A stretch of 64,000 bases of DNA, taken from NCBI GenBank assembly GCA_029100545.1, contig JAQXPH010000016.1:10008-74007 (forward strand). Direction: 5' to 3'. Under the pieces are notes generated by a model. That model was not told the DNA's origin, searched no databases, and worked only from the letters and a program-made list of their open reading frames with translations. Within the stretch, counting starts at the first letter, position 1; the number at the start of each line of letters is the position of its first letter. Positions 28,841 through 37,863 of this stretch are shown here, one piece after another. Position numbers and translations under genes: made by a program. This DNA is from a bacterium (lineage in GTDB: Bacteria > Bacillota_I > Bacilli_A > RF39 > UBA660).

Positions 28841-30436
28841 TCAAAATTTGTTAAATTTCCATTTAATTTGAATATTTCGAATATTATTATTAATTTTGCC
28901 TATATAAATTTTTTCAATAAAATCTTCAATAATTATTCTATTTAATTTTTTAAATTCTTGATATTTATGAAAATCTTTTGGCTTTTTTATAATATTTTCT
29001 TTTTTTTGATAAAAGTTTAATTCATTTTTAATAGACTTAATTTGTTTATTATATATAATTTCATTTTTATTATATTCTTCTATTAAATTTTTAAATTGCT
29101 TTTTTGTAATTATTCCATCAACTTTATCTTCATATATTTTTTTAAAATATTTTTTAATTTTTTTTAATTGATTTTCAACATTTTGTTTTTGACTTTCTAA
29201 TATTTTAATTTTATTTAATAAATTACTATTTTTATTATTCTTTCTTTCTAATATTAAAAGTTTTTCATCAAAATATTTTCTTATTTTCTTATTTATTTCA
29301 TCCAATATAATTTTTTCTAAAACATCATATCTAATTGAACTTTTATTAATACAATCATTGTAATCATCTTTATTATTAGAACAAACTAAGTATTCATATT
29401 TGGAAGAATTTTTCTTTCTCATATAGCAACCACATTCTTCACAAAATACTTTGCCAGAGAAGTTATGAACAATACCTTTTACTTTCATAGGTTTTGTTCT
29501 TTCTTTTAGAGCAATTTGAACTTTTGTAAATGTTTCTTTATCTATTATTGCTTCGTGCATATTTTCTCTACGAATCCATTTATCTTCAGGTTTGTTTATT
29601 ATTTTATGATTTTTATAACTAATTGTAGTTCTTTTACCTTGTACAAGATTACCTAAATATATTTCATTTGTAAGAATTCTTTTAATGGCACCAGCATTCC
29701 ATTTTATTTGCTCCCTAGGTCTATTACTAATTATATTTAATTTACACCCTTTTTGATATTTATAAAGTGATGGGGAAGGAATATTTTTGTCATTTAAATA
29801 TTTTGCTATTTTTGTAAAACCAAACCCATTTAAATATAAATTAAATATTTCTTTAACTATTTCTGAGGCAATTGGATCAATAATTAATTTATTGTTATTT
29901 TTTTTAGATATTTCAAATCCAAATGGTGCAAATGGGGAAATAAATTCTCCGTTTTTCATTTTAGCATTAAAAGCACTACGAATATTATTTGATACATCTT
30001 CTAAAAACCATTCATTTACAAGTCCATTGATTTGTCTTGATTTTTTATTTCCAGTATTTGCTGTATCAGCATTATCTGCTAATCCTATAAATCTTACATT
30101 CCATTCTTTAAATTTATTATTGATATATCTTTCTACAATTTCCATGTCTCTTGAAAATCTTGATTGACTTTTACACAAAACAATATCAAGTTTGTGATTT
30201 TCACAATCTTTAATTAATCTTTCGAATTCAGGTCTAAATGTTCCTGCACCAGATAAGTCTTCATCACAATATTCTTGGGTTAATATTAATTCAGAATGTT
30301 TATTAATGTAATCAATTAGCATATTTCTTTGGTTTTTAATGGATTCACTTGTCTCGTCCTTACTTATCTTATCTTTGTCTTCATTTGATAATCTTAAATA
30401 TATGCCAACTTTATAATATTTTTTTTCTTTATTCAT
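28841..30436 (-). CDS. Large serine recombinase (resolvase/invertase catalytic domain + recombinase domain + zinc ribbon + coiled coil)
   Basis: VGIYLRLSNEDKD (catalytic Ser region), DEDLSGAGTFRPEFERLIKD...IVLCKSQSRFSRD (resolvase core), Cys-rich zinc-ribbon segment CEECGCYMRKK...YLVCSNNKDDYNDC, and a long C-terminal coiled coil. Confidence 0.85.
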   Translation of the reverse strand: MNKEKKYYKVGIYLRLSNEDKDKISKDETSESIKNQRNMLIDYINKHSELILTQEYCDEDLSGAGTFRPEFERLIKDCENHKLDIVLCKSQSRFSRDMEIVERYINNKFKEWNVRFIGLADNADTANTGNKKSRQINGLVNEWFLEDVSNNIRSAFNAKMKNGEFISPFAPFGFEISKKNNNKLIIDPIASEIVKEIFNLYLNGFGFTKIAKYLNDKNIPSPSLYKYQKGCKLNIISNRPREQIKWNAGAIKRILTNEIYLGNLVQGKRTTISYKNHKIINKPEDKWIRRENMHEAIIDKETFTKVQIALKERTKPMKVKGIVHNFSGKVFCEECGCYMRKKNSSKYEYLVCSNNKDDYNDCINKSSIRYDVLEKIILDEINKKIRKYFDEKLLILERKNNKNSNLLNKIKILESQKQNVENQLKKIKKYFKKIYEDKVDGIITKKQFKNLIEEYNKNEIIYNKQIKSIKNELNFYQKKENIIKKPKDFHKYQEFKKLNRIIIEDFIEKIYIGKINNNIRNIQIKWKFNKF

Positions 30437-30575
30437 CTTTATCTATTACATCTAACTTATAATCTATTTCTTGATTATTTATAATATTATATAATTTTTT
30501 ATTAATAATTTTTTTTAATTGATTATCAGTCATATTATTGTCATAAATTTCCTTAACATTATAAGTTATCATCAT
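30429..30575 (-). CDS. Small ORF (48 aa) translationally coupled to the serine recombinase (ATGAATAA overlap). Candidate recombination directionality factor or regulator
   Basis: Shine-Dalgarno TTAGGAGTTGAT then ATGATG...; MMITYNVKEIYDNNMTDNQLKKIINKKLYNIINNQEIDYKLDVIDKDE. Its stop overlaps the recombinase ATG. Below the ORF-track length cut-off. Confidence 0.35.
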   Translation of the reverse strand: MMITYNVKEIYDNNMTDNQLKKIINKKLYNIINNQEIDYKLDVIDKDE

Positions 30576-30690
30576 ATCAACTCCTAATTAAATATATTAA
30601 TAAAATATAAATTTAAACTATAGAAAATGAATTGTATACTTCTAAATGATTTAATATAATAATTTTTATTTGTGTCTATACTGCATTCAT

Positions 30691-31109
30691 GCAACTCTTT
30701 GCTTCATACCACCAGAAAGTTCTTTAGGATATTTATTCATAAAGTCTTTCAATCCATAGGTAGTTAATAAATTCTTAACATATTCAATATTTTCCTTAGT
30801 TTTAATTTTTTTTATTTCTAGTCCCAAAAGTGCATTGTCTAAAATTGTTAGGTAGGGTAGTAATGCATCTTCTTGTAACATGTATCCTATTATAGTATTT
30901 TTTTTATAAAATGTAATATTACCATTACTTGGTTTATCTAAACCTGCTATAATATTTAATAAAGTTGATTTTCCACAACCGGATGAACCAACAATACATA
31001 TAAAATCATTTTTATTTACATCAAAAGATACTTTATCAATTGCTTTAATTTCTCCCTCTTTTGTATAAAATACTTTAGATAAATTTTCTACGCTTAATAT
31101 TTTATGCAT
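30691..31109 (-). pseudogene. 5' portion of the ssuB/tauB-like ABC ATPase gene (Walker A, Q-loop and signature motif), cut after LSGGMKQRVA by the element
   Basis: MHKILSVENLSKVF...GSSGCGKSTLLNIIAG...LSGGMKQRVA then a stop created at the element boundary (TGA at 30687-30689). Confidence 0.8.
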
Positions 31110-31276
31110 TTAATAGTCACCTATGATATTTTATGCATATCATTTTTCCTAGATATTTAATTAGTTTAGATAATTAAATTTTTTTTTATATTTGAAAAAA
31201 TAAAATATAAAATAGTAGGTTAATATAATTACATAATTATTTATTTTTTCATATATTACATGGAAAGGAGTTTCAA

Positions 31277-32533
31277 GTGAATAATAATTTAGATAGAATT
31301 CGATGTAGAATAGAAAGAGAACGCAAAAACTGTCCTCAAAGTATATGTTGTTTCGGTCCGACAGGCCCAACTGGTCCAACTGGTCCATCAGGGGGTCCAA
31401 CAGGTCCAACGGGTGCAACAGGACCAACAGGTCCAACAGGTCCAACAGGAGCAACCGGCTCAACAGGTCCAGCTGGTTTAATTGGTCTAACAGGAGCAAC
31501 AGGACCAACGGGTGCAACAGGCCCAACAGGAGCAACAGGTCCAACGGGTGCAACAGGAGCAACAGGTCCAACAGGAGCAACAGGAGCAACAGGCCCAACA
31601 GGTGCAACAGGTCCAACGGGTGCAACAGGCCCAACAGGTGCAACAGGACCAACGGGTGCAACAGGTCCAACAGGAGCAACAGGACCAACGGGTGCAACAG
31701 GTCTAACAGGAGCAACAGGTCCAACGGGTGCAACAGGTCCAACAGGAGCAACAGGTCCAACAGGAGCAACAGGTCCGACAGGAGCAACAGGTCCAACGGG
31801 TGCAACAGGTCCAACGGGTGCAACAGGACCAACTGGTCCAGCAGGAAGTGATGGAACAGCAGACACTATAACAATAAGAAATACTACTACTGGAGATCCA
31901 GGAACTAATGCAACTGTAACTGATACTTCTAGAAGTCCAAATCATATATTAGATTTTGTTATACCACGTGGTGCAGATGGAGATATTGGCCCAATGGGTC
32001 CAACAGGCCCAACTGGACCTGCAGGTAAAGATGCAGAATCATGTTGCATATGCATTAATCAAATGCGAAATATTATTGAACAAATTATAACATTATATCC
32101 AAATGATAATTTATTTATTTCATTGGAAAGTGGAAATAATGTTAGTGGTAGACCTGGTATGTTAATTCCTGGCCCAAATAGCAATCCTAACTCTGGCCTT
32201 TTCCAACTTATAAATAACGTTGGAACACTAGAAGAAACAGTATCACTAAGTAAAATAGTATCAATAAGAATTACAAGTGCAGCTTATAATGATGAGATTA
32301 CTTATCTGCCTATTTCTGATGAAACATCTAATGGATGTGATTGTGTATTTGAAAATGCAATTAGAACTTTATTACCAGAAAATACATGTTGTGTAAGTAT
32401 TAAAGCCGGAGGACAAACAATTGCCCAAGGAACAGTTAAAAAAAGTGAATATGGTATGATTGTTATTGTAGATAATAATGATAATAATCCAACATTTATT
32501 TCAACTTGTAATATAGAAGTAATAAGTAAATAA
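31277..32533 (+). CDS. Collagen-like triple-helix repeat protein, BclA-like (exosporium-type) with a C-terminal globular domain
   Basis: GTG start after GGAAAGGAG. About 165 residues of uninterrupted Gly-X-Y triplets ([16 protein letters not shown]...), the GPT repeats typical of Bacillus/Clostridioides BclA proteins, then a roughly 230-aa non-collagenous C-terminal domain. No LPXTG. Confidence 0.7.
   Translation: MNNNLDRIRCRIERERKNCPQSICCFGPTGPTGPTGPSGGPTGPTGATGPTGPTGPTGATGSTGPAGLIGLTGATGPTGATGPTGATGPTGATGATGPTGATGATGPTGATGPTGATGPTGATGPTGATGPTGATGPTGATGLTGATGPTGATGPTGATGPTGATGPTGATGPTGATGPTGATGPTGPAGSDGTADTITIRNTTTGDPGTNATVTDTSRSPNHILDFVIPRGADGDIGPMGPTGPTGPAGKDAESCCICINQMRNIIEQIITLYPNDNLFISLESGNNVSGRPGMLIPGPNSNPNSGLFQLINNVGTLEETVSLSKIVSIRITSAAYNDEITYLPISDETSNGCDCVFENAIRTLLPENTCCVSIKAGGQTIAQGTVKKSEYGMIVIVDNNDNNPTFISTCNIEVISK
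31357..31851. repeat. Tandem 9/18-bp repeats (GGTCCAACAGGAGCAACA-like) encoding the (GPT/GAT)n collagen region. Locally GC-rich
   Basis: Visible periodic repetition of ggtccaacaggagcaaca / ggtgcaacaggcccaaca units throughout. Confidence 0.9.
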
Positions 32534-32668
32534 ATCTAAAAGTAGACAAATAGTAGACAAATTATAATGTCTACTTTTTTCTTTTAATTAAGAATAATTT
32601 TTATTTTTAATAATATAAAAATATATATAATTATCTTTTTGTGGTAAAATAGTAACAAAGAGGGAAAA

Positions 32669-33403
32669 ATGAAAAAAAATAATAAAGTAAAAAACATAAT
32701 TATAATTATTTTATGTAGTATTCTAGTTTTATTATCTATATATTTTTTATTAGATTATTATAATATTGATAAATATGATAAATTTATATTAAATGAAAAT
32801 GAAGTGCCAGCTTTAAAAGAAGAAATCTATGAACAGCAAATTAGTTTTTTAAAAGAAAAATATAATAATGATGATATTGTTGGAACAATTTCTATAAGTG
32901 ATACTGATTTTAATACAATAGTTTTACAAGGAAAAGACAATGAATATTATTTAAATCATTTACCAGATAAAACTTATAATATTAATGGTTCAATTTTTTT
33001 AGATTATAGAGTAGACATAGATAATAGTGATAAACTATTAATATTTGGTCATAGCTCTCCAAACTATACATTACCTATAATGATTATTGAAAATTATAAT
33101 TCAAAAGAATACTATGATAAGCATCCTTACATTTATATTTCCACAGAAAAAAGCGTTAGAAAATATCAAATATTTTCAGCATATGTTGAAGTTAGTGATT
33201 GGGATTATATGAAAATAAAATATCAATCAAATGAAGAAAAATTAGAACATTATCAAAAACTTAAAAATAAATCATTTTATGAAACAAATATAGATGTAAA
33301 TGAAAATGATAATATTTTAATTGTACAAACTTGTAGTAATTTAAAAGAATATAGTAAATATTCTAAAAAATATATGTTAGTAATTGCTAAAGAAGTAAAA
33401 TAA
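32669..33403 (+). CDS. Sortase B-like protein (divergent paralog)
   Basis: N-terminal membrane anchor; LIFGHSSPNYTLPIM (His region), ILIVQTCSN (TLxTC-like catalytic Cys) in sortase-B order. The C-terminal conserved segment diverges from its neighbour. Confidence 0.45.
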   Translation: MKKNNKVKNIIIIILCSILVLLSIYFLLDYYNIDKYDKFILNENEVPALKEEIYEQQISFLKEKYNNDDIVGTISISDTDFNTIVLQGKDNEYYLNHLPDKTYNINGSIFLDYRVDIDNSDKLLIFGHSSPNYTLPIMIIENYNSKEYYDKHPYIYISTEKSVRKYQIFSAYVEVSDWDYMKIKYQSNEEKLEHYQKLKNKSFYETNIDVNENDNILIVQTCSNLKEYSKYSKKYMLVIAKEVK

Positions 33404-33439
33404 TAAAAACTTCATTAATTATAAATGAAGTTTTTTGCT

Positions 33440-34261
33440 TTATTTATTATTATATTTAATAAGTTTTGCATGAACAACCATTTTTTCATCATCATTATAG
33501 CAAGTTGATAAAGTTAATATTTTATCATTAATATTTACATTAGTATTAAAATTAAACATTGTTCTTCCTTTAATTAAATCAATAAAATTTTGATATTCTT
33601 CATCACTTGTAAATGATATTTTTAAATAATCACTTGTTGTAGGTATTTTATAAATACTAAATATTTGCCATATTGAATTCATATTCTGAGTAGAAAGTCT
33701 AATTATATAGTTATTTGAATTACTTTGCCATGAAGAGTTTAAAGTGTCTTTTAAAGATCCAAACATAGTTTTATTTAATCTTCCATGACCATAAATAATA
33801 GTATTTTTATCAAGATTATTAATATTATTTCTATAATCTAAGAAAATCCAACCAGCATCATTATTTTTTTTATCGAATGATTTTGTTAAATAATAACTAT
33901 TATCACTTGTTTGAACAAAAGGATAATTTATATTTGTACCTTCAACTTTTATCCAACCAACTGTATCAGAATTAAATGTTTTTAAATTATTAAGATCAAC
34001 TTCAATAAGTTTCATTTTTATATATTCAAAATATGCTGAATTTTGTTCATCTTCATTTTCTACTATCTGAGCATCGTCAGTATCAATCTCTAGTACTTGA
34101 ACTTTTTCAGAAACAGTTTTAATAATATTATTTGTTTTACTATTATCTATTGCCCAAAAAATTAATTTTATAATGCAAATTATAAAGATAATAAATAAAA
34201 TTAATATAGTTAATAATATACATAGATTTTTTTTATTTAATTTTCTTCTTTTATTTTTCAT
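33440..34261 (-). CDS. Class B sortase
   Basis: Membrane anchor; TVGWIKVEGTNINYPFVQ, IIYGHGRLNKTMFGSL, KILTLSTCYNDDEKMVVHAKLI, all classic SrtB motifs. Confidence 0.7.
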   Translation of the reverse strand: MKNKRRKLNKKNLCILLTILILFIIFIICIIKLIFWAIDNSKTNNIIKTVSEKVQVLEIDTDDAQIVENEDEQNSAYFEYIKMKLIEVDLNNLKTFNSDTVGWIKVEGTNINYPFVQTSDNSYYLTKSFDKKNNDAGWIFLDYRNNINNLDKNTIIYGHGRLNKTMFGSLKDTLNSSWQSNSNNYIIRLSTQNMNSIWQIFSIYKIPTTSDYLKISFTSDEEYQNFIDLIKGRTMFNFNTNVNINDKILTLSTCYNDDEKMVVHAKLIKYNNK

Positions 34262-34343
34262 ACTTTAAAGTATATCATTTAGTAATAAAAAATCATAGAC
34301 TTTAAAAAGATTTTTTGTTATATTAAAAGTGGTAGGTGAGCAA

Positions 34344-34577
34344 ATGAATAATGGAATTAATAATTATTTAGAGAGAATAAAAAATCCTAATTTGCCTTTA
34401 ATTGATTTTGAATTTTTGATGAATCATCCTGAATTTATAAGTTATGTATGGGAAAAATATGTAACTGATATGACTTTTAAAAATATGGTTAATGAAAAAA
34501 TAATGTTGGATGTAAATTTTAAATATAAATTTTTAAATACTTTTAAAAGTTTTATTGATAAAGGAAAAAGTAGATAA
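34344..34577 (+). CDS. Small hypothetical protein
   Basis: 77-aa ORF in the sortase / SBP intergenic block; no recognisable motif. Confidence 0.3.
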   Translation: MNNGINNYLERIKNPNLPLIDFEFLMNHPEFISYVWEKYVTDMTFKNMVNEKIMLDVNFKYKFLNTFKSFIDKGKSR

Positions 34578-34605
34578 TATAAAAAATGCTATAAGTTAGC
34601 ATTTT

Positions 34606-35586
34606 TTAGTTTATTTTTTGTTTTAATATTAATTTATTATATGGTACATAATCATTAATTAAATCATAATCAATTAATAAATCTTCAAGGTTTGTAAGTA
34701 ATTTTTCACTAATATAGTAATTATCTAAATATGAGTCAGCATCTTTATATCTTTTAATTATTTTTGCTAAATCATTAAGTGATGTATCAGGAAATTGTTT
34801 AAGTATAATTTTTGCAATAGTGTATTCGTCATTATCTTTAACAAACTTTAGACCTCTATTTATTGCTTTTGTAAAGCCTTTTATAATATCATGGTTTTCC
34901 TCAATAAAACTTTTTCTTGCATAAAATGTAGTATATGGCATTTCTCCAGAAAGTATACCAATGCTTGCTACAACATGTCCATATCCTTCTTGTTCAAGTT
35001 TTAAGGCATTTGGTTCGAATAAGTTTACATAGTCACCAGTTCCACCAATAAAAGCTCCAGATAAAGATGCAAAATCAATATTATAATTTATTTTAATTTT
35101 ACTTGAATCAATATTCTCATTTTTTAAAGCATTAAGAAAATTTAACGCAGGCATTCCAGAAGATCTTCCAACAAGTATTTCTTTACCATAAAGATTTTCT
35201 AATGTAAAATTATCTTCTTTATTTTTAGATATAATAAATTGGCCATCTCTTTTAGTTAGTCCACAAAAAATTTGTAAGTAATCTTTTTTATTTTTTTCGT
35301 AAACATATATTGCACTTTCCGCTCCAGCTAGACCAATTTGAACATCTTTTGATAGTACTGCTGTGCTAACTTTATCAGCACCTGGTGTTAAAATTAGTTC
35401 AATATCAATGTTTTCATCTTGAAAATATCCTTTTTCAATTGCAACATATAATGGACTATAAAATACTGAGTGTGTAACTTCTGCTAATTTAATTTTATTA
35501 TTTTGTTTTTCTTTTTTAGGTAATAATAAAAATATAGAAAAAAGAATAATTAAAGATATTAGTATAATATAAAATGTTTTTTTCAA
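34606..35586 (-). CDS. ABC transporter substrate-binding protein, NMT1/SsuA/TauA-like (sulfonate/nitrate/taurine family)
   Basis: Signal/anchor N-terminus, then KLAEVTHSVFYSPLYVAIEKGYFQDENIDIELI...GLAG, typical of SsuA/NMT1-family periplasmic binding proteins. Same family as the downstream permease and ATPase. Confidence 0.65.
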   Translation of the reverse strand: MKKTFYIILISLIILFSIFLLLPKKEKQNNKIKLAEVTHSVFYSPLYVAIEKGYFQDENIDIELILTPGADKVSTAVLSKDVQIGLAGAESAIYVYEKNKKDYLQIFCGLTKRDGQFIISKNKEDNFTLENLYGKEILVGRSSGMPALNFLNALKNENIDSSKIKINYNIDFASLSGAFIGGTGDYVNLFEPNALKLEQEGYGHVVASIGILSGEMPYTTFYARKSFIEENHDIIKGFTKAINRGLKFVKDNDEYTIAKIILKQFPDTSLNDLAKIIKRYKDADSYLDNYYISEKLLTNLEDLLIDYDLINDYVPYNKLILKQKIN

Positions 35587-35730
35587 AATTATTTCCTCCT
35601 TATTATTTCTATGTATTATATTCTTTTTTTTAAGTTAAGTGATTTTTATTGCAAAATAATTAAAAGGTAGTTTACATATGTCCTTTTTTTGTGCTATAAT
35701 TTTTTATATGATAAAGGGTGTGAAAACAAA

Positions 35731-36951
35731 ATGAAAAATTTGAATTCTGAAATGAAGTTGCTTTTAGATAAACTATATAATCTTAGAGGTGAAGATAGTA
35801 TAGTACTTGTTTCAATAGAAGAAGAAAGACAAGAATCTATAAAGACTAAAGAAAGAACATTTAAACAAACTGCTGAACTTCAAGATAAATTATCAAAACT
35901 TGAAAGTGAAGGTCAAATACTTGCTAAAGAAGGTGAGAGTTTTAAAAATGCTCTACAAACTATTAGAAAAGATGAGTTTGTAAATGTATTAAAAGAATTA
36001 AATATTTCTTTTGATCCAAATAAAATTAAAGCAGAACTTGATGATAAATTGCCAAAAACATTAAATGAAATTGCAAGTGAAAAAACAAAGGCAGAAGAAG
36101 AACTTGTTAATGCTAAAGATGAAATGAATAAAGCTGCAACTAAAATTGAAGAATTAGGCATTAGAAAAGATGAGGCTATAAAAAATCAAGAAATGCTTAA
36201 TAGATATTTTTCTTTAGCATTAGAAGGAAATATTAGTATTACAAGAGATGAACTTACTTCACTACTTGCTAAGTTTAATTTTACAGAGGAAGAACAAAGA
36301 GAAGCAGCAAAACTTATAATGTTCCCAGAAGATGGATTATATGAGTATGAGGATGAATTAAAAAATAAACATAATGGAAAAAGTATAAGTGATGTATTTA
36401 AAGATGCAAGAGAAAATCTAGATTCAATTATTGTAGAAAACCCTGTTATAGAACCAGAAAAAACTGAAGATTTTCATTTTGATTTTATGAAGGATATAAC
36501 ACCTTTTGCACAAAAAAATGATGCACAAAAACTAGAAGTTAAAGTTGAAGATACAAAAGAAGAAAAAGTTGAATCAAAAAAAGAAGAAATTACTAAAGAT
36601 GAACTTATTAAAGTATTAAGTTCTTTAGGTTATGATTATTTAAATTTCACAAGTAATGATTTTGAGAAAATTTTAGAAAATTATGATGAAAAAACAATTA
36701 AAGATAATACTGAATTTATAAAATCTTTAAATATTTCTCTTGATTTTTTCTCTGATAATATAGAATTATTATATGATAAGGAAATGAAAGAAAAGATTGA
36801 AAAATTAACTAGTATTGGTAAGTTACCACAAGATATATATTTAAATCCAAATATTTTAATTAAATATGATTTGAATGGTTTAAATAGTGCAATTGAATTA
36901 CTTAGTCAAAGTGGTTTAGAACCTAAAAATGTACCATTAATAGCTTATTAG
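35731..36951 (+). CDS. Hypothetical coiled-coil / helical-repeat protein
   Basis: ATG at 35731 after an AGGGTG Shine-Dalgarno. Highly charged, helical; the C-terminal third carries LG-containing helical repeats. Confidence 0.45.
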   Translation: MKNLNSEMKLLLDKLYNLRGEDSIVLVSIEEERQESIKTKERTFKQTAELQDKLSKLESEGQILAKEGESFKNALQTIRKDEFVNVLKELNISFDPNKIKAELDDKLPKTLNEIASEKTKAEEELVNAKDEMNKAATKIEELGIRKDEAIKNQEMLNRYFSLALEGNISITRDELTSLLAKFNFTEEEQREAAKLIMFPEDGLYEYEDELKNKHNGKSISDVFKDARENLDSIIVENPVIEPEKTEDFHFDFMKDITPFAQKNDAQKLEVKVEDTKEEKVESKKEEITKDELIKVLSSLGYDYLNFTSNDFEKILENYDEKTIKDNTEFIKSLNISLDFFSDNIELLYDKEMKEKIEKLTSIGKLPQDIYLNPNILIKYDLNGLNSAIELLSQSGLEPKNVPLIAY

Positions 36952-36960
36952 GAGGTATCC

Positions 36961-37863
36961 ATGAATAATAATATTGCAGCTAAAATTAAGGCTTTATCAC
37001 TTAACGAAGATTCATATAAAACAGTTTGTAAGTTTTATGCTAGTCTTACTGATGATGTAATAACTTTAGAAGATTTTGTTGCTAAAGTAAATTATTTAAA
37101 TAGTAAAGGAATAAATATAACAAAATCCTCTCAAATTAAAGTATTAGCTAATTCATTAGATTTTATTAAAAATCAAGTTGAACAAATGGAAAAAATAGGT
37201 TTTTTAGATGCATTTGTTGAAAATCCCCTTAGAATTAATTCTAAAGAATGTATCAAAAGAATAGAGTATTTACTATCAATTAACAAAAGTATTAAGGATG
37301 AAAATGGAAAATATAACAAAATCATTTTTAATAAAAAAGAATTTGATCGTAAATATGGAGTTACATATTTAGAAAACAAATCTGATATTCAAAAACTAGA
37401 AGTAAAAACTGATAATATAATAGAAGCTAAAGAAGAAGTAAAACCAATTGAATCTGTAACTTCTCCAGAAGAAAATAAAATAGAAAAAAAAGAAAATGAA
37501 ATAATAAATGATGAACAAGTTATTGAAACTAATCCATATATACTTGCACTTTCAAAAGATCAAACAATACGTCTAACTGATGAAATGCTTGCTAAATATG
37601 AAGACATTAGTTTACATTTAAAACATGTATTAGAATCACTTAATTATGGAAGTGAAATTGATGGAACTAAATCTGATAATTTAATTAAACTTTTAACAAG
37701 TGGTATTACAGATGAAAGGGAAATAATATATTATTCGTTAACGTATAATAAAAAATTAACAGATGAAGAAAAAGTCAGAATATATAAAGCAATTGATAAT
37801 GAACTTCAATTAGTAAATGACGAAATTAATATAATAAATTTTAATTTAGGGAGTGTAAAATGA
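36961..37863 (+). CDS. Hypothetical helical-repeat protein
   Basis: GGAGG Shine-Dalgarno then ATG; shares the EKIGF-type repeat motif with its neighbours (MEKIGFLDAFVEN). Confidence 0.45.
   Translation: MNNNIAAKIKALSLNEDSYKTVCKFYASLTDDVITLEDFVAKVNYLNSKGINITKSSQIKVLANSLDFIKNQVEQMEKIGFLDAFVENPLRINSKECIKRIEYLLSINKSIKDENGKYNKIIFNKKEFDRKYGVTYLENKSDIQKLEVKTDNIIEAKEEVKPIESVTSPEENKIEKKENEIINDEQVIETNPYILALSKDQTIRLTDEMLAKYEDISLHLKHVLESLNYGSEIDGTKSDNLIKLLTSGITDEREIIYYSLTYNKKLTDEEKVRIYKAIDNELQLVNDEINIINFNLGSVK

Larger units (their letters stand above)
27477..30690 (-). mobile_element. About 3.2-kb integrated element (large serine recombinase + RhuM-Doc fusion + small candidate recombination directionality factor) inserted in the ABC ATPase gene
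   Basis: 11-bp direct repeat GCAACTCTTTG at 27466-27476 and 30691-30701 flanks the insert. Imperfect inverted repeats at its ends: AATACAGTAAAGACAC (27477-27492) against the reverse complement of GTGTCTATACTGCATTCAT (30672-30690), 14 of 16 matches. The host gene reading frame (GMKQRVA|LIRTL) is exactly restored if the insert and one repeat copy are removed. Confidence 0.8.

Noticed and set aside
29787-30167. 126-aa plus-strand ORF inside the serine recombinase gene
   Set aside because: Antisense to the recombinase coding sequence; no Shine-Dalgarno; low-complexity product.
31121-31141. Palindrome atgatat-tttatgc-atatcat and a duplicated tattttatgcat 12-mer just upstream of the ATPase 5' fragment
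   Set aside because: Short, AT-rich and within a promoter-like spacer; could be an operator but is too small and low-complexity to call.
31161-31945. Five overlapping ORFs on both strands (31161..31832 minus, 31336..31866 minus, 31345..31851 plus, 31512..31706 plus, 31703..31945 minus) encoding L/H/P-rich, N/R-rich or Q-rich polypeptides
   Set aside because: They are alternative-frame and antisense readings of the GGN-CCN-ACN collagen repeat tract. Repeats of a 9-bp unit keep every frame open. Only the Gly-X-Y frame has a Shine-Dalgarno and a sensible non-repetitive C-terminal domain.
35913-37379. Minus-strand ORFs 35913..36161 and 37173..37379
   Set aside because: Antisense to the helical-repeat protein genes; no independent support.
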